DNA of 64,000 nucleotides from Malacoraja senta (Eukaryota). Positions 13,008 through 25,522 of the stretch are shown here, one piece after another. Made by a program: the position numbers and the translations under genes. A model generated the notes under the pieces. The model ran no database searches, was not told the origin of the DNA, and worked only from the letters and a program-made list of their open reading frames with translations. The stretch covers positions 7,690,001-7,754,000 of the forward strand of contig CM075988.1 of the NCBI GenBank assembly GCA_038087875.1, in the 5' to 3' direction. Numbering within the stretch: the stretch's first letter is position 1; each line of letters begins with the position of its first letter.

Positions 13008-14503
13008 TGTGAGTTAGAGAGAAAATGCCCAATTTCTAACAACAAAGTAGGTTGGAAGATTGGGATTACATCTTAGCTAATGGAAGGACCACTCAATAAT
13101 CTGATCACCTTATGGGAGGACCATTCAGTAGTCTGTTAACAAGCTTATGAGGGAATAGTTCAGTAGTCTTTTCAGTGTTCACACATTCTGTTGTGCTGCT
13201 GCAAGTAAGAATTTCATTGTTCTATCAGGGATATATGACAATAAAATACTCTTGACTCAGTAATAGTCAGTAGTACTAAGTTGGAAGGAGGTACCATTCA
13301 AGAGGACTATCAGAATGTTAGCCTTTCTCTCCTTTAGAGCGGGAATATAAAATAAGGAGGGGTCGTTTGTTTTCTTGGACCTTGGTCAGATTTCAGCGTG
13401 TAGTTTCCTGCTTCCATCTCCCTTGTTTCCTGAGGAGCAACGTTACCTTGACTGTTATCCAATCCTCTGTGACCGCCCTAGAAACCGGGGGGATTTTGGT
13501 GGATTGCAAGCAATGCATTTGCTGCCTCTGCAGCAACCTCCTTTAAGATGCTAGGTTGCAGGCCGACAGGTCCGGCTGGTGGTCAGCCTCAACAAGCCTA
13601 CATCAGGAGTGGTCCATGTATCCTTGGCTACCACACCTCTACTGGGAGATGTTCTCCTTGAAGGATTAACCGTAGAGATTCATCAGAATGCTGGCAGTCA
13701 GTACAAGAAGTTCTCCCTATATCTCTACATTCCTTTGAAACATAGATGGAGGCCATTCAGTTCATCAAGACTATGATAGTTTACTGAGCAATCCAATTTC
13801 CTCACTCATTTTCCCTGTACCATATTCTCTGTATATTTCCATCAACTCCCCCCCCCCCAGAATCTACCACCCTCTTAAATGGTCACAACCTACCAACCCA
13901 ACCCCCCCCCCCGCCCCCCTTCCCCCCCCTCCCCCCCCCACCACCACCACCACAAGAATAAGAAAATAAGAGATAGACTAGCTTGGACAGACCTAGTATT
14001 GACTTCTTTAAAAGAGTGAGTAATGGAAAATGTGGATACTGGGATGATTGGGAAATTCTTCACAAGCTGCTAGGCTTCCGTTGGGCCTGAAGTGTTCATT
14101 GTCTTTAGGGGTGGAATTAAATTAGATTGTTGGGACTGATGAGTTTTAAAATGACATTAGTGCAATGGCAGTTTGAAGGTAATCCTCTGCATCTGGCTCA
14201 AGAGACTTGGTAATGGTCGGCCAAATAGCCAGACTTAATAACATAGTCTGGCTGTGAAAACAATATCACTCTGTGCCCTGGTAAATAGCAAGGATCTGGT
14301 TGCAAAACTGCGGGATGCCTGCCAACATGTGCAGTTTACAGATTCATGCTTTTTACTGGATTAAAATCGAACATTATCCCTGTCCACTCAAGTGGGCCTA
14401 AAGCCTTGGTTCTTGTCATCCCCTATTCCCTACCATGCTGGTCTGGGTAAATGGCCCGGGTCCCTGTGGAGAAGGGTTCAAAGGATCAGTTGCTTCAAAA
14501 GAG

Positions 14504-14797
14504 TTAGACTCTAGGGATACAGTGTGGATATAGGTCCATCGGCCCACCGAGTCCACGCCGACCATCGATCACCCCATACACTAGCACCACCCTCCACAGT
14601 AGAGACAATCTTTTACAATTTTTACCGAAGCCAATTATTCTATAAACATGTACGTTTTTAGAGTGTGGGAGGACAAGGGGGCACCTGGAGAAAACCCACA
14701 CAGTCACAGGAAGAACGTACAAACTCCATACAGAGAGTGTACATGGTCAGGGTCTCTGGTGCTGTTAGGCAGCAACACTACTGCTGCACCACCATGC
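14504..14797 (-). mobile_element. tRNA-derived SINE (HE1/V-SINE-like)
   Basis: Same family, - strand. Confidence 0.8.
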
Positions 14798-15127
14798 CTC
14801 TCTTTGTTTCAAAGTAGAAGGGAAGAGAATCCAGCAATGACCAAATTGGAATTGTCACTGATATTTTCCAGAGTGATTGGCCTAGTGATGTTGGTGAACT
14901 GGGCTTGTACGCAAAGTACGGCCACTTGATTGAGGAAGAGTAGTTGGCACTGACAGCAAAGCAGTACCTCCGATATCGATCAGGGATTGCAGCAAGGAAT
15001 AATAAAAGCACAGTGCAGTGCGAGCACACTGGTCAGATTTCTTTCAAGTGTAACTCAAAGTACTAAAAATAGAAAATGCTGGAAACACTCAGCAGATTAA
15101 AACAAATAATCTTAGATCTGAAACATG

Positions 15128-15412
15128 AGGCGACACAGTGGCGCAGCAGTAGAGTTGCTGCCTTACAGCACCAGAAACCTGGTTCGATCCTGACTACGGG
15201 TGCTGTCTGTTTGGATTTTGCACTTTCTTCCTGTGACCGCGTGGGTTTTCTCCAGGTGCACTAGTTTCCTCCCACATTCCAAAGACATGCAAATTTGTAG
15301 ATTAATTGGCTTCTGTAAATTGTCCCCAGTGTGTAGGATGAAACTAGTGTACGGGGTGATCATTGGTCGGCATGGTGGGCCAAAGGGCCTGTTTTCACAC
15401 TGTGTCTCTAAA
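15128..15412 (+). mobile_element. tRNA-derived SINE (HE1/V-SINE-like)
   Basis: gtggcgcagcagtaga (A box) and ggttcgatcc (B box). Confidence 0.85.
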
Positions 15413-15657
15413 CATTTACAATTTTTCCTACCACAGATACTGACTGACTTGCTGAGTGTTTCCAGAAGTTTTGTTAATTATTTCAAATTTCCAGTGTCTG
15501 CATTCTGTTTATTTTATAATTTAGTGTAGCTTCATATAGAGATTCAGCATAGAAACAAGCCCAGCAAGTCCACACCAACTATTGATCAGCCGTTCACACG
15601 CCTTCTATGCCATCCCACTTTCTCATCCACTCTCTACACAATAGAGGCAGTTTACAG

Positions 15658-15971
15658 AGGCATCGTGGCGCAGCGGTAGAGTTGCTGCCTTACAACGCTT
15701 GCGGCGCCGGAGACCCGGGTTCAATCCCGACTACGGGTGCTGCTGTCTGTACGGAGTTTGTACCTTCTCCCCGTGACCGCGTGGGTTTTCTCCGAAATCT
15801 TCGGTTTCATCCCACACTCAAAAGACGCACAGGTATGTAGGTTAATTGGTTTGGTATAAGTGTAAATTGTCCCTAGTGTGTGTAGGGTAGCGTTAATGTG
15901 CGGGGATCACTGGTTGGCGCGGACTCGGTGGGTCGAAGGGCCTGTTTCCGCACTGTATCTCTAAACTAAAC
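15658..15971 (+). mobile_element. tRNA-derived SINE nested in an opposite-strand SINE (15535-15657 plus 15972-16095)
   Basis: Full + copy; the flanks join into a - strand copy. Confidence 0.8.
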
Positions 15972-16323
15972 TTACAAATCCCTGTCTTGCGGATGTGGTG
16001 GGAAACCGGAGCACCCAGAGGAAATCCGCACGGTCACAGGGAGAATGTACAAACTACACCACCAGAGGTCAGGATAGAACCTGGGTCACTCTGCTGTCTT
16101 TGATTAACAACTTGCAAGATTATTAATTGCATTTGATTTTTCATTGAAATGGATCAAGCTATGAGGCACTGCACCACTGTGCATGCTGTTAATCTGAGTA
16201 ATTTTGCTTGGATCATGAACTTGTTTGGGATGTCCGATCAACTATGTAAATTGGACATAAGTTCTGGAAGCATGAACATTTCTATCATCACCACCACTTA
16301 AATTTCCTGAAAATGATTGTAAA

Positions 16324-16612
16324 TAGAGTCATAGAGTCATACAGCATTTAAACAGGCCCTTCAGCCCAACTTGCCCATACCGACCAACATGCCCCATCTG
16401 CAGCAGTCCCTCCTGCCTGCATTTGGCCCAAATCCCTCTAAACCTATCCTATCCATGTACCTGTCCAAATGTTTTTTCAATGTTGTGACAGTACTTGCCT
16501 CAAACGCCTCCTCTGGCAGCTCATTCCATACACCCACCACCCTTTGTGTAAAAAATAAATTGCCCCTCAGGTTCCTATTAAATCATTGGCCTCCTCACCT
16601 TAAACCCATGGT
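16324..16612 (-). mobile_element. CR1 3' end
   Basis: Reverse complement of the subfamily at 4165-4622, with a (ctctatga)n tail. Confidence 0.8.
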
Positions 16613-16777
16613 TTTGATTGAAAACAATACGTGAGCCTGACTTGAGAGACTGGCAGTTAGGCACAAAGAGGTACGAGCCTGAATTACCATCTTTCCGAAT
16701 TATTAATTCTTTTGTGAAATGAATATTCAAAGGGGCAAGCTGCCCTGACTATAGATAGACACAAAGTGCTGGAGTAA

Positions 16778-17474
16778 AGCCCCTGTCCCACTTACGTGTC
16801 CTTGGCACGCTAATTACGCGACCTCGTGGCCGCGTTGAGGCGCGACGGTCCCGCGAATGTCGCGCGCGACTTCATGCGCCCTCACATCCGTCTGGAGCGG
16901 GTGACGTCATTTGAAGATGGACACAAAATGCTGGAGTAACTCAGCGGGACCGGCAGCATCTCTGGAGAGAAGCAATGGGTGATGTTTTGTGTCGAGACTC
17001 TTCTTCAGTCTGAAAGAAGGGTCTTGACCCGAAACGTCATCCATTCCTTCTCTCCAGAGATGCTGCCGGTCCCGCTGAGTTACTCCAGCATTTTGTGTCT
17101 ATCTTCAATTTTCTTGGCCCCGCTCTGGGAGTAGAAGTGGGGGCGGATCCGGATCCGCAACGGCCGTGAGCCCCAGGCCGAGTTCGGCGATCGTTTGCCT
17201 GCTTCTGCTGCTGTTGGAGGTGAGATGTTGCATCGCGTCAAGGTCTTGGGCCTGTCCCACTTTGGACGTCAGTTACGCAACAGGCAGTTGGCGCGCGAAG
17301 ATTTAGTTCGCTACAAAAATTTCGGAGCCCCGCGCGATGTCGCGCACAACTACATAGCCCTCCTCGCTTCTCAGTGCGACCGGCCCCGCGCGGCCACACG
17401 ATGCCCGTGCACCTCAACGCGATGACGAGGTCGCGTAATTTGCGTGCCAACGACACGTAAGTGGGACAGGCCCT
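16778..17474. mobile_element. PIF/Harbinger-type non-autonomous DNA transposon with TAA target-site duplication
   Basis: TIRs cctgtcccacttacgtgtc...gacacgtaagtgggacagg. TAA at 16775-16777 and 17475-17477; removing the element restores the host repeat ggagTAActcagc. Confidence 0.9.
16913..17106. repeat. Head-to-head palindromic dimer of the Penelope terminal-repeat unit
   Basis: gaagatggacacaaaatgctggagtaactcagcggg...cccgctgagttactccagcattttgtgtctatcttc, a near-perfect inverted repeat. Confidence 0.85.
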
Positions 17475-17899
17475 TAACTCAGCAGGTCAGGTAGCTTCTC
17501 TGGAGAAAAAGGATAGGTGTTGTTTTAGGTTGGGACACTTCATGATGTAAAATGTCACCATCCTTTTTCTTTAGAGATGCTGACTGACCCGCTGAGTTAC
17601 TCCAGCACTTTGTGTCTATCCTTGATATAAATCAGCATCTACAGTTGTTTCTACAAGTTGTCCTGATTGTCTGAGCTATCGTCAGACTCCATATTTGGAC
17701 CAAATTAATGATGAGCCCAGCATTTATTATCCATGCCATGGGAAATGAGCCGTTGGTTGGCTCGTTCTGAAGCTAGTCGACAGGTCTGCAGTTGTATATG
17801 GGCATGATCATATTTTGTTACCTGGAGAATGTACCAATAGACTTTCATAATAGTTTCTGACCCTTTCTCAGATGCTGACTTTATATTTCAAATATTTTA

Positions 17900-18203
17900 G
17901 TTTTGTTTTCAGTTTAGAGATGCAGCACAGAAAACAGGCCCTTCACCGACTCCATGCCGCCAGCGATGCCCGCACACTAACACTATCCTACACACACTCC
18001 GGACAATTTACAATTTTACCAATCAAAATTAACCTACAAACCTGTACGTCTTTGGAATGTGGAGGAATCCAGAGCACCTGGAGAAAACCCACGCAGGTCA
18101 CGGGGAGAACGTACAAATCTGCACAGACAAGTACCCGTAGTCAGGATTGAACCCGTGTCTCTGGCGTTGTAAGGCAGCAACTCTACCACTGTGCCACCGT
18201 GCC
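17900..18203 (-). mobile_element. tRNA-derived SINE (HE1/V-SINE-like)
   Basis: Same family, - strand. Confidence 0.85.
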
Positions 18204-18315
18204 GTCTTTATATATTAAATATATTAACTTATCTCAATGTAATTATTCTCATCTGCACTGGGAGGATTCATACTTGTGTTTCTGGATCAATAACCCTAGT
18301 TCTGGGCTACTGCTG

Positions 18316-18515
18316 NNNNNNNNNNNNNNNNNNNNNNNNNNNNNNNNNNNNNNNNNNNNNNNNNNNNNNNNNNNNNNNNNNNNNNNNNNNNNNNNNNNNN
18401 NNNNNNNNNNNNNNNNNNNNNNNNNNNNNNNNNNNNNNNNNNNNNNNNNNNNNNNNNNNNNNNNNNNNNNNNNNNNNNNNNNNNNNNNNNNNNNNNNNNN
18501 NNNNNNNNNNNNNNN
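18316..18515. other. Assembly gap (200 N)
   Basis: Run of N. Confidence 1.
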
Positions 18516-18860
18516 CCCCCCCCCTCCCTCCTCCCCCCCTCCTCGCTCTCCCCCCTCCTCCACTCCCCCCACTCCCGCTCCCCCCCTCGCTCTCCCCACC
18601 TCGCTCTCCCACCTCGCTCTCCCACCTCGCACTCCCCCCTCGCTTCCCCCCTCCAAATCCCCCCTCTCGCTCTCCGCCTTCACTCTCCCCCCTCTCGCTC
18701 TCCCCCTCACGCTCCCCCCACTCACGCTCCCCACCTCGCTCTCCCCCCTCGCTCTCCCCCTTTGCGATCCCCTCACCCTCCCCCTTGCTCCCCCCCCTCA
18801 CTCACGCCCCCCCCCCCCCGTTCTTTTCCCCATTGCTCCCCCCCTATCGCTCTCCCTTCA
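18516..18860. repeat. C/T-rich low-complexity tract of (CTCGCTCTCCCC)-like units
   Basis: Nearly pure pyrimidine with recurring ctcgctctcccc units; abuts the gap. Confidence 0.9.
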
Positions 18861-18968
18861 ATGTCAATAGCCAGCTAAGTATACTTATTTTATTCTGAAC
18901 ATCCTCAGGTGCTGTAAACGCCAATTTTATTGGATTGTTCCCTCAGGTTCTAGATGTGAAACAATCCC

Positions 18969-19056
18969 ATGATGCAACATGCGTCCCCTGCATCATCACT
19001 GACCATGATGGCCACCCAGAGCGTACCTCCTCCTACCTACTCAAGAAAGCCAACAG
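18969..19056 (+). CDS. PKNOX2: PKNOX2 (PREP2) first coding exon; apparent +1 frameshift near 19040-19041
   Basis: Translates MMQHASPASSLTMMATQSVPPPTY, then in the +1 frame QESQQ up to the donor CAG|GTGGGT (GT at 19057). Matches the recalled human PKNOX2 N-terminus MMQHASPAPALTMMATQNVPPPPYQDSPQ. Candidate acceptors lie upstream at ccctcag|18947 or atcctcag|18909. Confidence 0.9.
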
Positions 19057-20212
19057 GTGGGTCTGAAGTAAACGAAGAGAAACTGTTGAGTCTGCAGAAG
19101 TCTCACCCAGGGAACGCTGTATGGAATTCCGAGAATGAGATCCCTGAAATTAATTTTAAAATTGGATCTCACCCACATACTCTTTTAGTATTGTCTTACC
19201 GATGTGGGAGAATAGTGGAAAAAATGTGCTGGTTCCATGCTGTAATATGTTAACAGTTTGCAGTATAGGTAATCTTAGTCGTTCTAATGATGAGATTTTT
19301 TTTTGTTCAAACTACAGTGTAATTTTTAGTTATTTAAAAAAATAACGTCGTAAGATATTCCATGTCTTGTTAACAATTCAGAGCTCTTTTTCTCTCTCTC
19401 ACGCCTTTGTGCTTTTTAAAAAAAAATTGCACTGCATGCAGTGAAATGGCATTTAATATGTAAAAGTTTTCAACCATTGAAAACTTAAAATGGAACTCCC
19501 AGATGAAGCATAGAAAAAGACCACTGGACCTACTGTCTATTCATTTTCACCACAAAAGAGGCACAGTATATTCTCCTCAATCCTCTTCACAGGCCAGATG
19601 TTATTAAATCAGGATTCATCTTTAAATATCAGCACTGAAGTCTTGTAACATTCCAGTTTTTTTAATCCTTTTCATGTACCCCTCTCCCTTGACTCTCAGT
19701 TTGACGAAAGTTCCCAACCCGAAACATCACCTATTCCTTTCCTCCAGAGATTTTACCTGACCAGCTGGGTTACTCCAGCTTTTGGTGTCTATCCTCATTT
19801 ATGTTCTGCCATTGTATTACAGTATTTTAATCGCAGGTAATTCTGGAGATTACTTTTTAATTTAAGAATTGGTGACCATTCTTTGTGCTAGGATGTAGAA
19901 TTCTATCAATTTGTCATGGTTAGGTTAGTTAGGTTGTGTAGGTTTAAATGGATGTGATTTAATTTGCTTACATACAACATAGAGCAGTACAGAAAAAAAG
20001 GACTGCACATGCTGGTTTATGCCATGGACAGACAAAAAGTGCTGGAGTTGTTTTGGTATTTCCACACAGAGCAATATAACAAAGACAAAGGCAGTGGACA
20101 AATGAACAGAATAGCTTCTGCAAGAGGAAGGAGGTGAAGGGAGGGGGGTGGGGTTGCAGAGAAGGGCTGTTATAAGGAGACATGTTCAGCCAAACTCTTC
20201 ACAACATTCCAG

Positions 20213-20503
20213 AGGTGGTGCATCGGTCGAGTCGCTGCCTTACAGCGCCAGAGACCCAAGTTAAATCCCGACCACGGGTGCTGTCTGTACGGAGTTTGTA
20301 AGTTCTCCCCGTGACCGCGTCGGTTTTCTCCGGGACTTCCGTTTTCTCCACATTCCAAAGACTTACAGGTTTGTACGTCAAATGGCTTCTTTAAATTGGC
20401 CCTAGTGTATAGATTAGAGCTAGTGTACGGGGTGATTGGTGGTCGCCGTGGACTCGGCGGGGCAAAGGGCTTGTTTCCACGCTGTATCTCTAAACTAAAC
20501 TAA
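20213..20503 (+). mobile_element. tRNA-derived SINE (HE1/V-SINE-like)
   Basis: Same family. Confidence 0.85.
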
Positions 20504-21204
20504 GCAATAAGTCTCATCAAGGATCAAAGCGTGGACAGCAGTGTTTTTATAAGGGCATTCTACCAAAATGTGCTGCATGTTTTTTGGCAGTGTACACTGA
20601 GAGCTGCCTTGTTTGTGCTATCAGGTTGTCGTGGCCAAGAATTGTAATGTGTGAGGATTTTCTCAGGCCGGGGCTGGAGATATTTGCTGCCTAGGCAGTT
20701 GCCATCCATTGTGCTGTGACTCACGGCTCCAATAAAGTGGAGTCATTTTGTTCTCTCCTGCCAGGGAGCAGCAGGCAGGACGACACGTGACTCACTGCAA
20801 GCGTGTTCATTTGCAGACGCCACTTCCCAAAGATAATCTGCAACTGGAAGTGGTTCAACTCCCTCATTTCCAGCTGATGTGACCGTGCACAATGAATCAT
20901 GCGGGTAACCTGGGATCTGACATCTGATCAATGTTTCTTTGCCACACAAAATTGTAAGATCAGACCAATGACTGGCTCAGACAAAGATTTAGCTGTGGGG
21001 GAGGTTGGTAGAGCGGGTCTCAATGTTTATTTAGTTTCGAGATCTTCTTCTTGCGAATGAAACATAAACCAAAGGAATAGTTAGATCTCAAGCTGGGTGT
21101 TGAGCAGCCAGTTTGTTTGTCTCTGCGTCAATGTCTGCCAGGCCCTGAGCTCCATTTGGTGGGTGGTAGAGCGGGCACCCAGAGGTAACATGGTTGGCTG
21201 GTTG

Positions 21205-21505
21205 GTTCGAGATACAGCGTGGAAACAGCCCTTCGGCCCACCGAGTCCGCGCTGACGAACAATCACCCGAGGGCTAGTTCTATCCAATACTCTAGGGCTA
21301 ATTACAAATTACAATTACAGAGGCCAATTAACCTGCAAACCTGTACGTCTTTGGAGTGTGGGAGGAAACCGGAGCACACCATAAAAACCCACTCAGTGAA
21401 CCCACGCGTGTAACCTTGGTACGGACAGTAGCCAGTAGTCAGGATCTAACCCAGGTTTCAGGTGCTGTAAGGCAGCAGCTCTACTGCTGCGCCACCAAGC
21501 CACCA
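21205..21505 (-). mobile_element. tRNA-derived SINE (HE1/V-SINE-like)
   Basis: Same family. Confidence 0.8.
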
Positions 21506-22473
21506 AATGATGGCCTGCTCGACGTTGCTCAATAACCATCAGGCTCTTGAACACTACGCAACACTAATCTCAACGGTGATCTTCTGGGGATCAACCATCT
21601 TTGGTTGCATTGAAACCATGAGCTTTTTTTGCACTAGTATTGTGGGTATTAATTTATAGATTTTGTTTTTGGTTATTATACATTATCTGCGCCTATTGCG
21701 TTTACAGGCTTATTTTCGCTGCTGCAAGTATGAGTTTCATTGTTCTGTTGTCCGTACAATTAAATACTCTTGAATCTGGAACCATTGTGAAAATTTGACT
21801 CTTGTCAAACATACACCAGAGCAGAAGGACAAGGGAGGAGAAGGAAACCTGGTCACTTGGAGGATACAATCCCGTTTTAATACCTCAACGCACTTGCCTT
21901 GGAGCTAGTGCAGTTTAGATTAAGTAGTTAGACTCCTCGAATGAAAGGGCTGTTCTATGAAGAGAGATTGCAAAGGTTTTGACCTGTTCTTACTTAAAGA
22001 ACAAGAAGTAATTTCATTCACTTAGAAGGCTTGGAAGGATTCACAAGATAGATGTAGTTTAAAATGTCTCTTTGAGCTGGAGAATCTAGAAGCAGCATCG
22101 TTCTCGGGTTAAGAGGATAACGAAGATGAGGAGAATTTCCTCGACACAGCTGTAAATCATTTGAATTCTCTCCCTCTGAAGGGCTGTGCATTTTATGTTA
22201 TTAAGTTGTATTCACGACGCAGATTGACAGAATAAAGATGGAGAGAATGACAGACATGGGAGATCGTATCAGGAAAGTGGATTCAATTTTGGTTCAGTCA
22301 TGGCAACCCTTTGGTCTTTTGCTTATATTTTTTTCTATTTATATGTACCAATACCCCCCCCCCCCCCCAATAGTTAATGAATTCTCTTTTAAGTAGAATG
22401 GATCTTTTCGATTCACATCTGGGAACTCAGAATTTTATGCCCCTCAATTAAATCTCCCTCCGCTCTCCTCTGC

Positions 22474-22739
22474 TTTAGACTTTAGCGATTCAGTGCGGAA
22501 AGAGGCCCTTCGGCCCACCAGGTCCGCGCCGATCTACTATCACCGCCGTACATTAGCACTGTCCTACACACTAGGGACAATTTACAATTTAACAAAGCCA
22601 ATTAACCTACAAAGCTATACATCTTTGTAGTGTGGGAGGAAACCGGAGCACCTGAACAAAACCCACGCTGTCACGGGGAGAAACCAGGGTCGTTGGCGCT
22701 GTGAGGTAGCAACTCTACCGCTGCGCCACCGTACCACCC
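22474..22739 (-). mobile_element. tRNA-derived SINE with internal deletion
   Basis: Same family. Confidence 0.8.
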
Positions 22740-24211
22740 TCAATGCATAAGAACATAAAATGTAGAAGTGAAATATATCATTTGACTTCTTGAGCCGACT
22801 CGTCCATTCACTCTCTTGGTTGATTTTTTATTTCAGCCCCACTTTCTGCATATCCCTTAATATCTGAACTCCTCGCTGACCCCTTTTGAGGTCATGAGTT
22901 TTAGGTATGGTATCCAGAGGAAACATCGACTTGGCATCTACCCAGCTGAAGCATTTTGTACAGATCTGTGGGATCATCACTCATTCTTCTAAATCCTGAA
23001 CAACCTGCCTGTATTCTCCAAGTTCAAATTTATTGTCTATGCATGAGTACGTTGAGATACAGGTACAATGAAACATCTTGTTTGCAGCAGCATCACAGAT
23101 ACTTAGACACAGATAAACACACCAAAGCAAATTATATTACCTGTATGCATTATATAAAATTATACATACATTTCACATAAAAAACTATAAAAAGCAAGAC
23201 ATTATAACCAAAATCATTAGAAAATAAAAGTCCATATAACGCACATTTATTATATAAATTATACGCAAATCGCACATGAAAGGCTAAAAGAAAGAAGGCT
23301 TCAAAAGACGCAAGACATTATTGCAAAACCAATATTAGAAAACAATAGTCCATATAGTGGAAAAGATGGGCAATTGTTAAATTGTTAAGTGCACATTGTT
23401 AAACATTGTACGCATTGTTACGCATTGTTGCAAATGTTTACACATAATTACACATTGTGGTCAGTTGTTGAGGTAGGATTAGGGTTGTGTAGGTTGGTTC
23501 AATAACCTGTTAGTTGTAGGAAAGTAGCTCTTCCTGAACTTGATGGTGAGGGACCTCAGGCTTCTGTACCACTGGTCATATAACGAAAGCCGGGCGTCAA
23601 CCTGGTGATTTTTTTGTTGTTGCTGAGATCCTCTTTCACAAGTATATCAAGCGTCTCGACCCGAAACGTCACCCATTCCTTCTCTGCCTGTCCTGCTGAG
23701 TTACTCCAGCTTTTTGTGTCTATCTTGCTTCCTCCGATGCAGTCTCTTCAGGAGTCCATGTAATTGGAGCAAGCCACCACGACTCTTGCACAAACACCCG
23801 ACTGCCACTTCAGTTGGAATTGAAGCTAAGAGTTAACATTGATGAACAGTGACCCCCCAGGTCCCTATGAACACCTGTGCTACATAGTAACCCACGCCAA
23901 TTTGCTGTTGCACCCTGCATTTCCACTGCCATGTTCTCAAGCAAATGGAAATGTTAATCAATTGGGATGTATGTGAATGATATGGTTGCAAGGTGTGAAG
24001 TGTGCATGTGTGAGGGTGTTGTGGAGAGCTAAGTCTGTGTGGTGTTGATTGCTTGAATTTAATAACATTTCCACTGACCCCGATTAAATAAATGATGTTA
24101 GTAAACCTTTTCCAAATTGGATGTAGACACAAAATGCTCGATTAACTCAGCAGGTCAGGCAGCATCTCTGTAGAAAAGGAATAGGTGTAGTTTCGGGTGG
24201 AGACCCTGCTA

Positions 24212-25358
24212 GAGATTAGTATGCAAACTTAAAGCACACGGTATTGGGGGTTCAGTATTGATGTGGATAGAGAACTGGCTGGCAGACAGGAAGCAAAGAG
24301 TAGGAGTAAACAGGTCCTTTTCAGAATGGCAGGCAGTAACTAGTGGGGTCCGCAAGGCTCAGTGCTGGGACCCCAGCTATTTACAATATATATTAATGAT
24401 CTGGATGAGGGAATTGAATGCAACATCTCCAAATTTGCGGATGACACGAAGCTGGGGTGCAGTGTTAGCTGTGAGGAGGATGCTAGGAGGCTGCAAGGTG
24501 ACTTGGATAGGTTGGGTGAGTGTGCAAATGCATGGCAGATGCAGTATAATGTGGATAAATGTGAGGTTATCCACTTTGGTGGCAAAAACAGGAAAGTAGA
24601 CTATTATCTGAATGGTGGCCAATTAGGAAAAGGGGAGATGCAACGAGATCTGGGTGTCATGGTACACCAGTCATTGAAAGTAGGCATGCAGGTGCAGCAG
24701 GCAGTGAAGAAAGCGAATGGTATGTTAGCATTGATAGCAAAAGGATTTGAGTATAAGAGCAGGAGGTTCTACTGCAGTTGTACAGGGTCTTGGTGAGGCC
24801 ACACCTGGAGTATTGCGTACAGTTTTGGTCTCCAAATCTGAGGAAAGACATTCTTGCCATAGAGGGAGTACAGAGAAGGTTCACCAGACTGATTCCTGGG
24901 ATGTCAGGACTTTCATATGAAGAAAGACTGGATAGACTCGGCTTGTACTCGCTAGAATTTAGAAGATTGAGGGGGGATCTTATAGAAACTTACAAGATTC
25001 TTAAGGGGTTGGACAGGCTAGATGCAGGAAGATTGTTCCTGATGTTGGGGACGTCCAGAACAAGGGGTCACAGTTTAAGGATAAGAGGGAAGTCTTTCAG
25101 GACCGAGATGAGAAAATCATTTTTCACACAGAGTGGTGAATCTCTGGAATTCTCTGCCACAGAGGGTAGTTGAGGCCAGTTGATTGGCTATATTTAAGAG
25201 GGAGTTAGATGTGGCCCTTGTGGCTAAAGGGATCAGGGGGTATGGAGAGAAGGCAGGTACAGGATACTGAGTTGCATGATCAGCCATGATCATATTGAAT
25301 GGCGGTGCAGGCTCGAAGGGCCGAATGGCCTACTCCTGCACCAATTTTCTATGTTTCT
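24212..25358 (+). mobile_element. CR1 LINE 3' part (RT C-terminus, frameshifted)
   Basis: LGPQLFTIYINDLD...KFADDTK, RPHLEYCVQFWSP, and a ttctatgtttct tail. Confidence 0.93.
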
Positions 25359-25452
25359 AGTGTCAGTTTGAAGTGCTGCCTCACAGCACCAGAGACCTGG
25401 GATCGATCCTGATCCTTGATTCGAGCAAACAAAGCCCTCCCTGACTCTTGGT

Positions 25453-25480
25453 CTGATGAAGGGTCTTGACCCGAAACGTC
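25453..25480 (+). ncRNA. Minimal hammerhead-ribozyme-like core (PLE type)
   Basis: CTGATGA-A-GGGTC-TT-GACCC-GAAA-CGTC; stem I is weak. Confidence 0.55.
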
Positions 25481-25522
25481 TCCTATTCCTTTTCTCCTGA
25501 GATGCTGCCAAACCCACTGAGT

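Noticed and set aside
15128..15200. tRNA-like A/B boxes (also in more than 20 other places)
   Set aside because: These are SINE heads continuing into the SINE core and tail, not tRNA genes.
18191..18898. Long Pro/Ser-rich and Gly/Glu-rich ORFs
   Set aside because: They are artefacts of the N gap and the low-complexity C/T tract.
19057..19253. Continuation of the 94-aa ORF past the PKNOX2 exon
   Set aside because: Similarity to PKNOX2 ends at the splice donor; the rest is intron read-through.
23140..23460. Degenerate duplication of about 110 bp and (cattgtta)-like repeats
   Set aside because: Looks like ordinary slippage within the 3' UTR of an old LINE fragment.
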